From positions 22,792-86,791 of the forward strand of contig CAYLJX010000001.1 in assembly GCA_964384235.1 (NCBI GenBank): DNA of 64,000 bases, in the 5' to 3' direction. Both the position numbers and the translations under genes were made by a program. Under the pieces are notes generated by a model, which saw nothing but the letters and a program-made list of their open reading frames with translations, was not told the DNA's origin and ran no database searches. The DNA comes from an uncultured Bdellovibrionales bacterium (GTDB lineage: Bacteria; Patescibacteriota; Minisyncoccia; Moranbacterales; UBA1568). Each line of letters starts with the position of its first letter. Position 1 is the stretch's first letter. This document shows, piece after piece, positions 17,308 to 26,700 of the stretch.

Positions 17308-20300
17308 ATAAAATCAACGTATATAAAAAAATTGATGAAGTAGTGAAAGCTGGTCCTTCTCATACCAAAAGGGAGGAACTTTTACTTTTGACAAGCGAAG
17401 AGGATTCTCGAAACTATTTTTATTCTGGAGCAGGTGAAATGTGGCTTTCATGGCTTTGGGAAAATCATTTTCTTGATCCGATAAAGGAAAAAGTCAACGA
17501 TCAAAACATTCCCACTAACCAACTTCCAGAGTTATTTTATCTTTCCCGAATTAGCGAAAAAGCTCCGGAAGTAGTTGCAAAGATTCTATTAGACATACCC
17601 GTCTCATCAAACTCTAATCAGATGGTAGTTGCTCAGTTCTTCAGAATAATAAGTGAGATGCCCGCAAAAGAACTACCTCCGCTGATTCAGAAGATGTCTC
17701 AGGAGAACTGGCTCCCTGTCATTAGTAGATATGGTCATATCGGATTTGACTTCGAGCGGATGTTTAGAGTTTTGGTAGAAGTAAGCGATTGGGAAAGCGT
17801 CCTTTCTCTTAGCCAGATGCTGTTGTTGGTAAAGGAGAAGCCGTCCAATGATGACTCATCATCGTGGGCTGACAACCCATTCTACTGTACCGATCTTGAA
17901 TACTCCGGCGTGTTTAATATTTTGTGCAACATTGAAGATGCTCACCTTGAACAATCTCTCGCTCTAGTGTCAGAAACCATGGGCAGCGTAGTGCACTATA
18001 ACGCAGACAAAAGGGAGCCGAGAGAGGCCTTCAAGGTTGGTGACGGATTTGCGTTTTATGAGATAGACTTTTTCACTCTCGAAACGAGTCAAAAAAGACA
18101 CACTTCTTATCGGGACGACGTTCGAAACTTAGCGGCAACTCTCAAGAAACTCTGTCAAAGAGTCTTTGAAAAAAATAAGGAAAACGAAAAAGAAGTTCGC
18201 CGGATATATAGTCAATACATTGAAACATTACCTGATAGTCAGGCAATGTGGCGGTTTCGTCTTTTCGTTCGAAGTCTGAATTCGGAGATTTTTCATCAAG
18301 AAATCAAAGACGCTATTTTCAGAATTGGAAAAGTGGCACGACCACATGACCTCACATCGCCAGAATACAAACGGCTTCTTCAACAGAACCTCAAGATCTT
18401 TTCTGAAAAAGAGAAACAAGATTACAAAAGTACTATTTTCAAGCTCATAGAAGATGAAAATGAGGGTCTTTCAAAATATGATGCTTACAGTATCTGCTCA
18501 TCGATTTTTGAGTGGCTTACTGACGAAGAAAAAGGGATTGCTGCAAACTATTCGAAACATGAGTTGGATCCTACCTATGTTCCGGAAACCACGATCCACT
18601 CACCGAAAGGTGGGACGGTAAGGAGTCTCTCTCCTATCTCTGATAATGAACTTCAAAAATCAGTAAGCGAAATAGCAAAGAGTCTTCGTAATGAGTGGGC
18701 TCCACAAAACCTGGGAAGAAAGGATGATTATAAAGAGGATTCTATAGACGAGTACGGCCCAGAAGGACTTGCTAACAAAATCAAAGAGAAGATTTCCGAA
18801 AGGCTGCAAGAATTTATTGATCATGCCCAAGAGTTCTTTGAGCCAGGTACTCTTGATGAGCATTACACCTATACATTTATAGGCGGTGTTCGTGATGCGT
18901 TTGGTGCTGGGAAGTTTGAATCTACCACCAATTGGGATGGGTTAATGAAGCTTTTTTCATTGATTGTTAACCAAGGTCGTTTACAAAATGGGAAATGGAG
19001 ACGAGAGGAATTCCTTGAATCTCTTGCTGGATGGACGGCTACTTATAGCGTTCTCGCAGAACTTATCAACGAGCTTGTTAAAGTCCGTAAAGACAAGACT
19101 CGGTCTTTTGACTTCACGAATAACAGAGATCAAGTTCTGGAAGTGATAAGGTATCTTCTTGCTCATCCAGATCCTACTGTAGAAAGTGAGGTATGCACCC
19201 CTAAAATTAAAAATGCCTCTGATACAGAGGATGAGGTGAAGTATGATTGCTCTGATCCTTTTACTCATGCCATTAACTCAGTGCGAGGTAAGGCATTTGA
19301 GGCTCTGATTAACTTTATGTACCGTGATGGCGAGAAACTCTCGAAAGAAAATACTGTATTAATCAGTGACGACGTAAAGAAGGTATACGAGGAACTTCTG
19401 GAACATGAAGATACGCGCGCAGTGAGATTTCTTTTTGGCCACTACCTTCCATCTGTGTATTTTCGTGATAAAGCATGGGCCGACAAGGTTGTTATCCCAA
19501 GGCTTTTTGACTTTGAAAACAACAAGGATCTATCCTTGGCTTCCTGGGAAGGATACCTGGCAAATAATGTATATCGCGATCTCTTCCTAAGGCTTGAGTT
19601 GTATTACCTCAAGAATATTCAATTGAAGCGAGAGGAATACACTCCTCGTGAGTATTTCAAGAATCTCGATGAGGGTATGGCGACCCATATAGCAATAGCC
19701 TTTATGCATTTTCCTGAAATTGCCCTTGAGTCAAATGTATTCAAGACCTTTTGGAAAGAGAAGAATGTAAAACGACAAAGCGAATTCATTTCATTTGTCG
19801 GTCGTTATGCTATATCTCGTGATAATGCAGCAGAGTGGATAAAGACAAATGGAGTGGATAAAGACAAGGTTGAGGCCTTCTGGGATTGGCTTTTATCGAA
19901 CACTGAAATTGACCAAAAAGTTTTTGAAGCGTTTGGATTCTGGATGGACGCAGAATGGAAAGTTTTTGATCCAAGTTGGCAAGCTGAGTATGCAAGAAGA
20001 ACTCTTGAAAAAACTCGGGGTGTTATCGATTGGGACTATAATCTCCAACAGTCACTCCCTGTATTTGTCAAAGTAGCTCCACAAGACACTCTGGCGATAC
20101 TGAGGCTATACTTACTTGATTATCTTTCTCAGAAAATGGAGCATCAGGGTTACTTCCACTTGGATGACGAGATTACCGAGGTATTTGAAGCGCTCTATAA
20201 TAATCCTGATACAAAACAAGGTGTCTATGATCTTATAGACGCTTTACTTCCTCGTGGGAATGGCGCTTTTTGGAAATTAAAAGACGTACTGAAAGATTAA
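17304..20300 (+). CDS. large hypothetical protein, 998 aa, predominantly alpha-helical (island operon gene 2)
   Basis: Long uninterrupted ORF with consistent AT-rich codon usage. No catalytic motif recognisable. Helical-repeat-like composition. Confidence 0.55.
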   Translation: MNKINVYKKIDEVVKAGPSHTKREELLLLTSEEDSRNYFYSGAGEMWLSWLWENHFLDPIKEKVNDQNIPTNQLPELFYLSRISEKAPEVVAKILLDIPVSSNSNQMVVAQFFRIISEMPAKELPPLIQKMSQENWLPVISRYGHIGFDFERMFRVLVEVSDWESVLSLSQMLLLVKEKPSNDDSSSWADNPFYCTDLEYSGVFNILCNIEDAHLEQSLALVSETMGSVVHYNADKREPREAFKVGDGFAFYEIDFFTLETSQKRHTSYRDDVRNLAATLKKLCQRVFEKNKENEKEVRRIYSQYIETLPDSQAMWRFRLFVRSLNSEIFHQEIKDAIFRIGKVARPHDLTSPEYKRLLQQNLKIFSEKEKQDYKSTIFKLIEDENEGLSKYDAYSICSSIFEWLTDEEKGIAANYSKHELDPTYVPETTIHSPKGGTVRSLSPISDNELQKSVSEIAKSLRNEWAPQNLGRKDDYKEDSIDEYGPEGLANKIKEKISERLQEFIDHAQEFFEPGTLDEHYTYTFIGGVRDAFGAGKFESTTNWDGLMKLFSLIVNQGRLQNGKWRREEFLESLAGWTATYSVLAELINELVKVRKDKTRSFDFTNNRDQVLEVIRYLLAHPDPTVESEVCTPKIKNASDTEDEVKYDCSDPFTHAINSVRGKAFEALINFMYRDGEKLSKENTVLISDDVKKVYEELLEHEDTRAVRFLFGHYLPSVYFRDKAWADKVVIPRLFDFENNKDLSLASWEGYLANNVYRDLFLRLELYYLKNIQLKREEYTPREYFKNLDEGMATHIAIAFMHFPEIALESNVFKTFWKEKNVKRQSEFISFVGRYAISRDNAAEWIKTNGVDKDKVEAFWDWLLSNTEIDQKVFEAFGFWMDAEWKVFDPSWQAEYARRTLEKTRGVIDWDYNLQQSLPVFVKVAPQDTLAILRLYLLDYLSQKMEHQGYFHLDDEITEVFEALYNNPDTKQGVYDLIDALLPRGNGAFWKLKDVLKD

Positions 20301-20306
20301 ATTCGT

Positions 20307-21350
20307 ATGGGATTTGAAAGCACAGAAGAGTATAAGAAAATCTTTAAATTTAGCAATAATAAGAGTTTACGACTTCTTACACGAGAAAGTAGTACTATTG
20401 AATTTAAAGTTTCTTTCAACTGGAGGTCGAAGGATGAGTACGCGAAGAGTGTTGCTGCTTTTGCAAATAAACAAGGAGGTTTCCTCATCTTTGGGGTCAA
20501 GGATAAACCAAGGGAGTTAGTTGGCCTTCAATCAGATAAATTCGAGGAGATAGATGAGGCAGTAATTTCTGAATATTTAAATAGCTTGTTTTCTCCTGAG
20601 ATAGAGTTTGAAAAGTTTGTAGTGAAGGTTCGAGATAAGGATGTAGGGGTAATAAAAGTCCATTCTGTAGGTCAGAAGCCTGTCGTAGCAACAAAGAATG
20701 ATGGTTCTGTAAGAGAGGGTGAAATCTATTATCGGTACAATGCAAAAAAGGAGAAAATAAAGTTTCCTGAACTTAGAGAGTTACTGGACAAGATTCGAGA
20801 AGAAGAGCGCAAGGAATGGATGTCTCTGTTTTCAAGAATCTCTAGCATAGGGCCAGAGAATGCAGCGCTTCTAGATATGGCCAGTGGCAGAATAGAGGGG
20901 AAGACAGGTACATTGGTTATAGATAGAAAATTAATTTCTAAACTGAAATTTATTCAGGAAGGAAGGTTTCACGAGACTGGATCTCCTACGCTTAAACTGG
21001 TTGGCGAAGTAAGGCCTATCACAGTAGTGAAATCTAGAAGATCCTCAGCTGGTGGTAAGTTAAAGATTACCAACGATCCATCCGCTCCAGAAGTTAGAGT
21101 TAAAGAAGAGGACTTGTTAAATGAATATTCCCTAGATTACAAAGCTCTTACAAAAGAGCTTGTAAAAAGGTACCAGGATTTCAAACCAAATAAAAAATAC
21201 CACGAGGTCCGTAAATTTCTAATGAAGAAGGAAGGGAACTCATTTACTCGGACACTAAATCCAAAAAATGCTAAGAGTGTAAAGCAGGACTTTTATAGCC
21301 CTAGGATAATTAAGGCGTTCGGTAAGTTTTACAAAAAGAAAACGAGTTAG
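20307..21350 (+). CDS. AlbA_2 (Schlafen-like putative DNA/RNA-binding) domain protein
   Basis: N-terminal region IEFKVSFNWRS...AKSVAAFANKQGGFLIFGVKDKPRELVGL matches the PF04326 AlbA_2 signature (EFK...AFAN..GG.lxxGV.D). Confidence 0.6.
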   Translation: MGFESTEEYKKIFKFSNNKSLRLLTRESSTIEFKVSFNWRSKDEYAKSVAAFANKQGGFLIFGVKDKPRELVGLQSDKFEEIDEAVISEYLNSLFSPEIEFEKFVVKVRDKDVGVIKVHSVGQKPVVATKNDGSVREGEIYYRYNAKKEKIKFPELRELLDKIREEERKEWMSLFSRISSIGPENAALLDMASGRIEGKTGTLVIDRKLISKLKFIQEGRFHETGSPTLKLVGEVRPITVVKSRRSSAGGKLKITNDPSAPEVRVKEEDLLNEYSLDYKALTKELVKRYQDFKPNKKYHEVRKFLMKKEGNSFTRTLNPKNAKSVKQDFYSPRIIKAFGKFYKKKTS

Positions 21351-21353
21351 TTT

Positions 21354-22424
21354 GTGATTTCTTCATATAAATATCTCAAAGACTATACATACTACTCTGA
21401 CCTCTATGATCGCTTCACCATAGAGGAGTGCCAGCGTTGGGAAGACAAGGAATATCCTGTACCACCTGAAGAATCCGACAAGGAAGCAAAACTGAGAAAA
21501 GTAAAAGAAGAATTCCTTCAAAAAGTGGTTACTCCTCTCGGACTCTACTTTCTCACTGCTGACCGCGCTGCAAAGAAACCTGAAACCATTCAGGAATGGA
21601 TGAGGCGAGACCAAGAAAAGGACGAGCGAGTCACCAACGCTGAAGAACCGAGAAGTATCCGCTGTCTGGGGTGCAGTGCGTTTTTGACAAACTGCATCTC
21701 GCGAGATCTCATGGATAATCACCAAGGACGAGAAGAGGTCCTTTTTATGTTTGAATGTGGCCAGTGTCACAAACGCCGAGCCTTTTGGGAAGATGGCAGA
21801 GAGTGGGAATACAAACCGAAGTGTATAAAGTGCCAGTCAGAAGTGGCGTCGGAAACGACTAAAAAAGATGCTCTCCTTACCACTCGATACACCTGCTCCC
21901 ATTGTGGTCATGTGGAGATAGATACTATGGATCTCAGTAAGAAAGAAGAGGAAAAGATTGATCCTAATTTTGAGGCTAACCGGAAGAAATACTGTATCTC
22001 AGAGCTCGAAGGACAGCGGATTATCCGTGAATCGGAAGAGATGAAGGAGTTTGTTGATAAATGGAAAGAGAGGGATAAGAACAAAGACCTTTATGATGCC
22101 ATAGGAAAGATACAGAAGCTCACCATTGTTGAGCTCCAAGCTCTCCTTGACCCACTTCTTGAAAAAGCTAGCTATACCAAACTCGAGTTCGAGAAGCCCG
22201 TTCTGGAGAAAGATGTTATCCTCGAATTCGGGCTCCAAGATGCCAAATCTGGCCGAGGAGACTATGATAGCCGTCATGATCTTCAAAAGCTCTTCAAAGA
22301 GGCTCTAAGCCCTACAAATTGGCGCCTGATGAGCGATGGAGTCACTTATCGTCTTGGATTCCTCCAAGGGCGCCTAAAGGGCGTAGAAGGCGAGGAAAAG
22401 TTCAAAGAGCTCCTCGAATCCTAA
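21354..22424 (+). CDS. zinc-ribbon protein, hypothetical
   Basis: Four CxxC pairs (CLGC, CGQC, CIKC, CSHC) forming two predicted zinc ribbons. Otherwise charged and helical. Confidence 0.5.
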   Translation: MISSYKYLKDYTYYSDLYDRFTIEECQRWEDKEYPVPPEESDKEAKLRKVKEEFLQKVVTPLGLYFLTADRAAKKPETIQEWMRRDQEKDERVTNAEEPRSIRCLGCSAFLTNCISRDLMDNHQGREEVLFMFECGQCHKRRAFWEDGREWEYKPKCIKCQSEVASETTKKDALLTTRYTCSHCGHVEIDTMDLSKKEEEKIDPNFEANRKKYCISELEGQRIIRESEEMKEFVDKWKERDKNKDLYDAIGKIQKLTIVELQALLDPLLEKASYTKLEFEKPVLEKDVILEFGLQDAKSGRGDYDSRHDLQKLFKEALSPTNWRLMSDGVTYRLGFLQGRLKGVEGEEKFKELLES

Positions 22425-22497
22425 CAAAAGAAAAAAGGTCTTGGTAAATAAGGTTTTACAGGAGACAATACAACTAGTTCTTCTGGGAGTCTTATCG

Positions 22498-22526
22498 TGG
22501 ACAAAACGTGTTTTTTGATGTATAAT
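22498..22526 (+). promoter_or_regulatory. putative internal promoter
   Basis: TGGACA, a 17-nt spacer, then TATAAT (22521-22526) in the 142-nt gap before the kinase gene. Confidence 0.4.
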
Positions 22527-22566
22527 TCACTCAATTTTTAACTCCGATAAAGGTAATCAAAAGAAG

Positions 22567-23178
22567 ATGTCATTCGAAAGCTACAAGCAAGATTCTCGGG
22601 ATATGCATCTCAACCCTGCCGAAGGTAGGGAGTATGCGGAGGCGCTAGAATCATTATTGGAAAAATACAAGGATAAGAGAGTGCTTGTACTTGCGCCACC
22701 AAGTGTTGGGAAGAGTACCATTCTTCAGCATATTAAGGAGGGCGTTGATTTGGATGTGGTGTTTGATGATATGCCAGAAGAATTTAAAAGACATGTGCTG
22801 CACCACGAACACCCGTTTATGTTTATTGATGGTGATAAGAAAACGGTAAAATACACTGAAAAAGAATTTGATCCAATGAGTGATGAGCATCAGGACCACC
22901 TAAAAAAGACAACGGAATCATTGACAGAATATACTCAGAACAAGGTAAATATTGAAGCAGGGCATCCCGCTTTCGGGAGTACACTCATAGATGCGGATGT
23001 CGTTATTTATCTTAAGATTTCTGACGAGGAGCTCAAGAAAAGAATTGAGGCACGGAATACCAAGACTTATCGACTTGCTCAGCTCGAAAGGGTAAAAGCG
23101 ATAAAGAAAAACCTTGAAGCTGATTTGGAGAGATTGAGATCGGAAGGAAAGATTGTCGAGGAGCTGGCAATCTCATAA
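22567..23178 (+). CDS. P-loop NTPase / nucleotide or polynucleotide kinase-like protein
   Basis: Walker A LAPPSVGKST and Walker B-like VVFDD. 203 aa. Confidence 0.6.
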   Translation: MSFESYKQDSRDMHLNPAEGREYAEALESLLEKYKDKRVLVLAPPSVGKSTILQHIKEGVDLDVVFDDMPEEFKRHVLHHEHPFMFIDGDKKTVKYTEKEFDPMSDEHQDHLKKTTESLTEYTQNKVNIEAGHPAFGSTLIDADVVIYLKISDEELKKRIEARNTKTYRLAQLERVKAIKKNLEADLERLRSEGKIVEELAIS

Positions 23179-23201
23179 ATTACCTAAAACAACGTAAACA
23201 T

Positions 23202-23744
23202 ATGAAAATGCAGAAGAAGATAGTCTTTTTGGATGGCGACGGGACGCTCTGGTATCCCAAAGCGACGAAGCGTACGCAAAAACCTCACTGGATTTACCAT
23301 GATCCAGCAACGAAAGATAACTACCTTGAACATCTGGAGTTGACACCTCGGACCAAGGAAACCCTCGAAGCTCTACGAGAAAAGGGAGTCTACCTCGTAG
23401 TGCTTTCAGCCAACCCTTACGCTGAAGAAATAGCTATCAAAGAGATTAAAGAACGACTCGAACACTTTGGACTCAGTAGTTTGTTCTATGCACACAGATC
23501 TTCGAGTGGAGATGATCCAAATGGTAAAGCAACCATTATGGTGGAAATTCTCTCTTCTCTAGGTCTCCGTAAAGAGGACGCGCTGATGGTTGGAGATAGC
23601 TACTTCTATGACTATCTTGCAGCCAAGAATGTTGGTATAGATGCTCTGTTTATTGAAAATGGCGTTTCAAAAATGCCAGAGGAAATCCCTCAGGATTTGC
23701 AGTCAATCAAAGAGGTCCACGAATTGCTTGATATATTGGCCTGA
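23202..23744 (+). CDS. HAD-superfamily phosphatase
   Basis: Motif I FLDGDGTLW (DxDxT), motif II S (VVLSANP), motif III K, and motif IV GDSYFYD. Confidence 0.7.
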   Translation: MKMQKKIVFLDGDGTLWYPKATKRTQKPHWIYHDPATKDNYLEHLELTPRTKETLEALREKGVYLVVLSANPYAEEIAIKEIKERLEHFGLSSLFYAHRSSSGDDPNGKATIMVEILSSLGLRKEDALMVGDSYFYDYLAAKNVGIDALFIENGVSKMPEEIPQDLQSIKEVHELLDILA

Positions 23745-23751
23745 GGTTTCT

Positions 23752-26700
23752 ATGAATGCAGATACCGCAAGAGAAAAGCTCTTAGAATTTAACCAGAAGG
23801 GCGATGCCAGTATACTGGTTGGCTTGCTGGGTATTGCTGAGCATGATGTCGAAAGTGCCATACGTTTTATTAATGCACATGCTGACAAGAATCAGCTAGA
23901 GACATTAGTATTTCAACCACTGAAGGTCAATGAAAAGCATCTCGTATTTGTTGATCCATCGCTTGAGATCAAGGCGGTTAGTACGGATATTGTTCATCTG
24001 AAAAAGACGCTGGAGCAGATTAAGATGTATGATAATGAGAATCCTGTAAGTGTAACTTCCAGTGTTGACTTGAGATGCTTACTCCTCTCGTTAGCAAAGT
24101 CAGAACTCAAATCTTATGATGTTTTTACGAATTTCAATACCGATAACTTAGGTAAAGCCACTCTAAGAAAGTGCCTCGAAGATGAAAAGAACTGGATTAA
24201 AGAAAGAGTTCAAATTCAAAAAGAGCTCATAAATCGCAGCTATAGAAGCGCGGTAGCCTTGGCACGAAAAGTAGCGCGATCCAAAAAGCTCGGGAGAGGT
24301 ATTTACTGCGTGAGAGGGTCTGTGGCTTCAGGAAAGTCTTCATTTATTGAAGGTATCCTTCGCCAGAATATACGGGTATTTGAGAACTCTGGTGGAGTTT
24401 TAAATACTGACGCTCTGAAAAGACAGCTCCTAGTCAATACCCTAAATGTGACTGGTCACGCGCTTTCCGGGTATCTCTTTCACGAGGAAGCTTCAGTCAT
24501 CAGTGAAAAAGTCCTCAAGCTAATTAAAAAATCAACCTCTGGCTACGTAGTTGATAGGAGAATGCAAGATGCTACTGACCTTGATGAATTATTAGTAGAT
24601 GCTGCCGAGAGAAAATTGCCAGTTACCATCTTTGACCTGAAAGTAGATTTCATAACATCAGCTCTGCGTGTTCTTGAGAGAACAGGCGTATATCCAAGCG
24701 ATCCTACGCCAGACTTTTTAGCCTTGTACAAAAGCTATAGAACCATAGAGGAAGGTCGCCTATCCTTCTTAGAAAAATCACTTCGTGCAAAGTCCGTAAA
24801 AAATTACTCTGTTGTTCGAGTGAATAGTAATGGGCATCCGGTCATTGTTAATCTCAAGAAGGACTATAGGGTTAATAAGAAGAGTACGGAACAGGAGTCG
24901 GAAGTGCGATATATAGCAAGTGCTGATAGTTTGCGCGATACAGTGCTCTCTAATGGAAAAACACTCCAGCATACCCTTGATGAGCACTCATACAAGAACT
25001 ACAACATGCGCTATTCTCGGCAAGAGTATTTGGATAGTCTTTTGCATAATATCGAAAAGACTAGCAGAACATTTGCTGGTGAGTTAAATGTCTCTGCATC
25101 AAAAGATAAGTCTCGGCTAGTCAATTTGTTCATGCCGAAGAACGATCTGGCTGATACAACAAGGAATAATATCACTCAAGCATTTGATTTTGTATATGAG
25201 AATAAAAACCTGCCTCTGATATCACCGCAGGTACTCCGAGATTTTATTGATCAAATAGCAAGGATTGTTAATCAAGGGATCGTAAGCGACGAGAATCTGA
25301 TTCTTCGGAGTGGGAGTAATTCCCATAAGTATTTTTATGTAGATACTCGATACATAGAAAGGTTCTATCAATCATTCGTGAATCAGTTTTTCGAAAAGCT
25401 CAATGATCCGGTGATTACATCAGTGGATCTTGCTGCATGGGTTGAATGGAATATCGACTTCTGCGGACATATTTTTGTCGACGGCTGTGGCAGAATAGCC
25501 AAGGTTGTAAGCGCCTGGTTGTTAATGAGAGATAATAGCGACTTACCAGATTATAGTATTGGTCAGGATGGGTTTGAAACAGTCCGAGAATCCTATCGAA
25601 GAAGGTTTGCTCTGAAAGCTAGAGTTCGTCTTCAAATACCAGCTGATACAAAGAGTTATCGTAGCTTTTTGGCCTACTATAGGAGATTGTTCAACCCTAA
25701 GGAAACCTATAAAGTTCTTGCTTCAGGAGGTTTAATATACAATTCATCAGGGCAATTTTTGATACTCCAGACCAGTAAAGGTAAAGATTATGGAAAATGG
25801 GTCGTACCAGGTGGTAAACTTGGCGTTCAAGAGACTCCTGTCGCAGCTTTTGTTCGTGAGGTTTTCGAAGAAACGGGACTGAAGATTGATCACATCATGC
25901 TGATGGGAGTACGAGACTATACGGCAAAAAGTGGTAACCACTATCATTTTTACGACTATACCTCCACTGTTGTAGAAGAGAAAGAAATCAGGATCAATGA
26001 GGAATCACTTTCCTTCAAGTGGATTACGAAGGACCAGATACCAAATTATAAATTTACAGACTCTATTGCTAACTTTGTCAATAAGTACTTTGCATTGGAA
26101 CGCTTGGATATCTATAGCAAGGTAGTTACGGTTCCTGATAAGAACTTTGATTCCCCATACCTAGATGATCACACGATGACTGTTTCATTGGAAAAGTATG
26201 TTCAATCCAAACTACCAGTAGAGCTGATAACGACTAAAGTTAAGACAATAGATAGGGTAGAAGTCCACGGTATATATCCAGATCTTAAGGTTTTAAATGA
26301 TCTTAACCTTGGATTTAATATCCTGGAGGTAATTCACTTCAGTAAACAAAAAAGTGACAACAGCAACAGTTTGAGGCCGATGTTCTTATTAGCTGAAAAA
26401 GACTCTAAGAAACTCCTTGTTTGCTGTGTAACCCCGGGCCGGGATTTATTGATCCACTACGCTTCTATGTTGAAGTATTATTTCAGAAACTCATCAACTC
26501 CTGTATTGGCTTATGCTTATCCGTTCGCCGAAAAGAAAATCGATAAATGGACTGGGTTGGATAACAAGATGATTATAAAAAACGATATCGTTATCCTTGG
26601 TTACAGTACTTTCTTTAGGAATCAGTTTGAGAAAGACCCTGATTTTTCCGTACTCAGCACCTATCAGAACAAGTATTACTCTGCTACGAGATTTATTGCT

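Noticed and set aside
23641-23751. Tracked start of the giant ORF at 23641
   Set aside because: It would overlap the HAD phosphatase gene by about 100 nt in another frame. ATG at 23752 directly after the HAD stop is more plausible.
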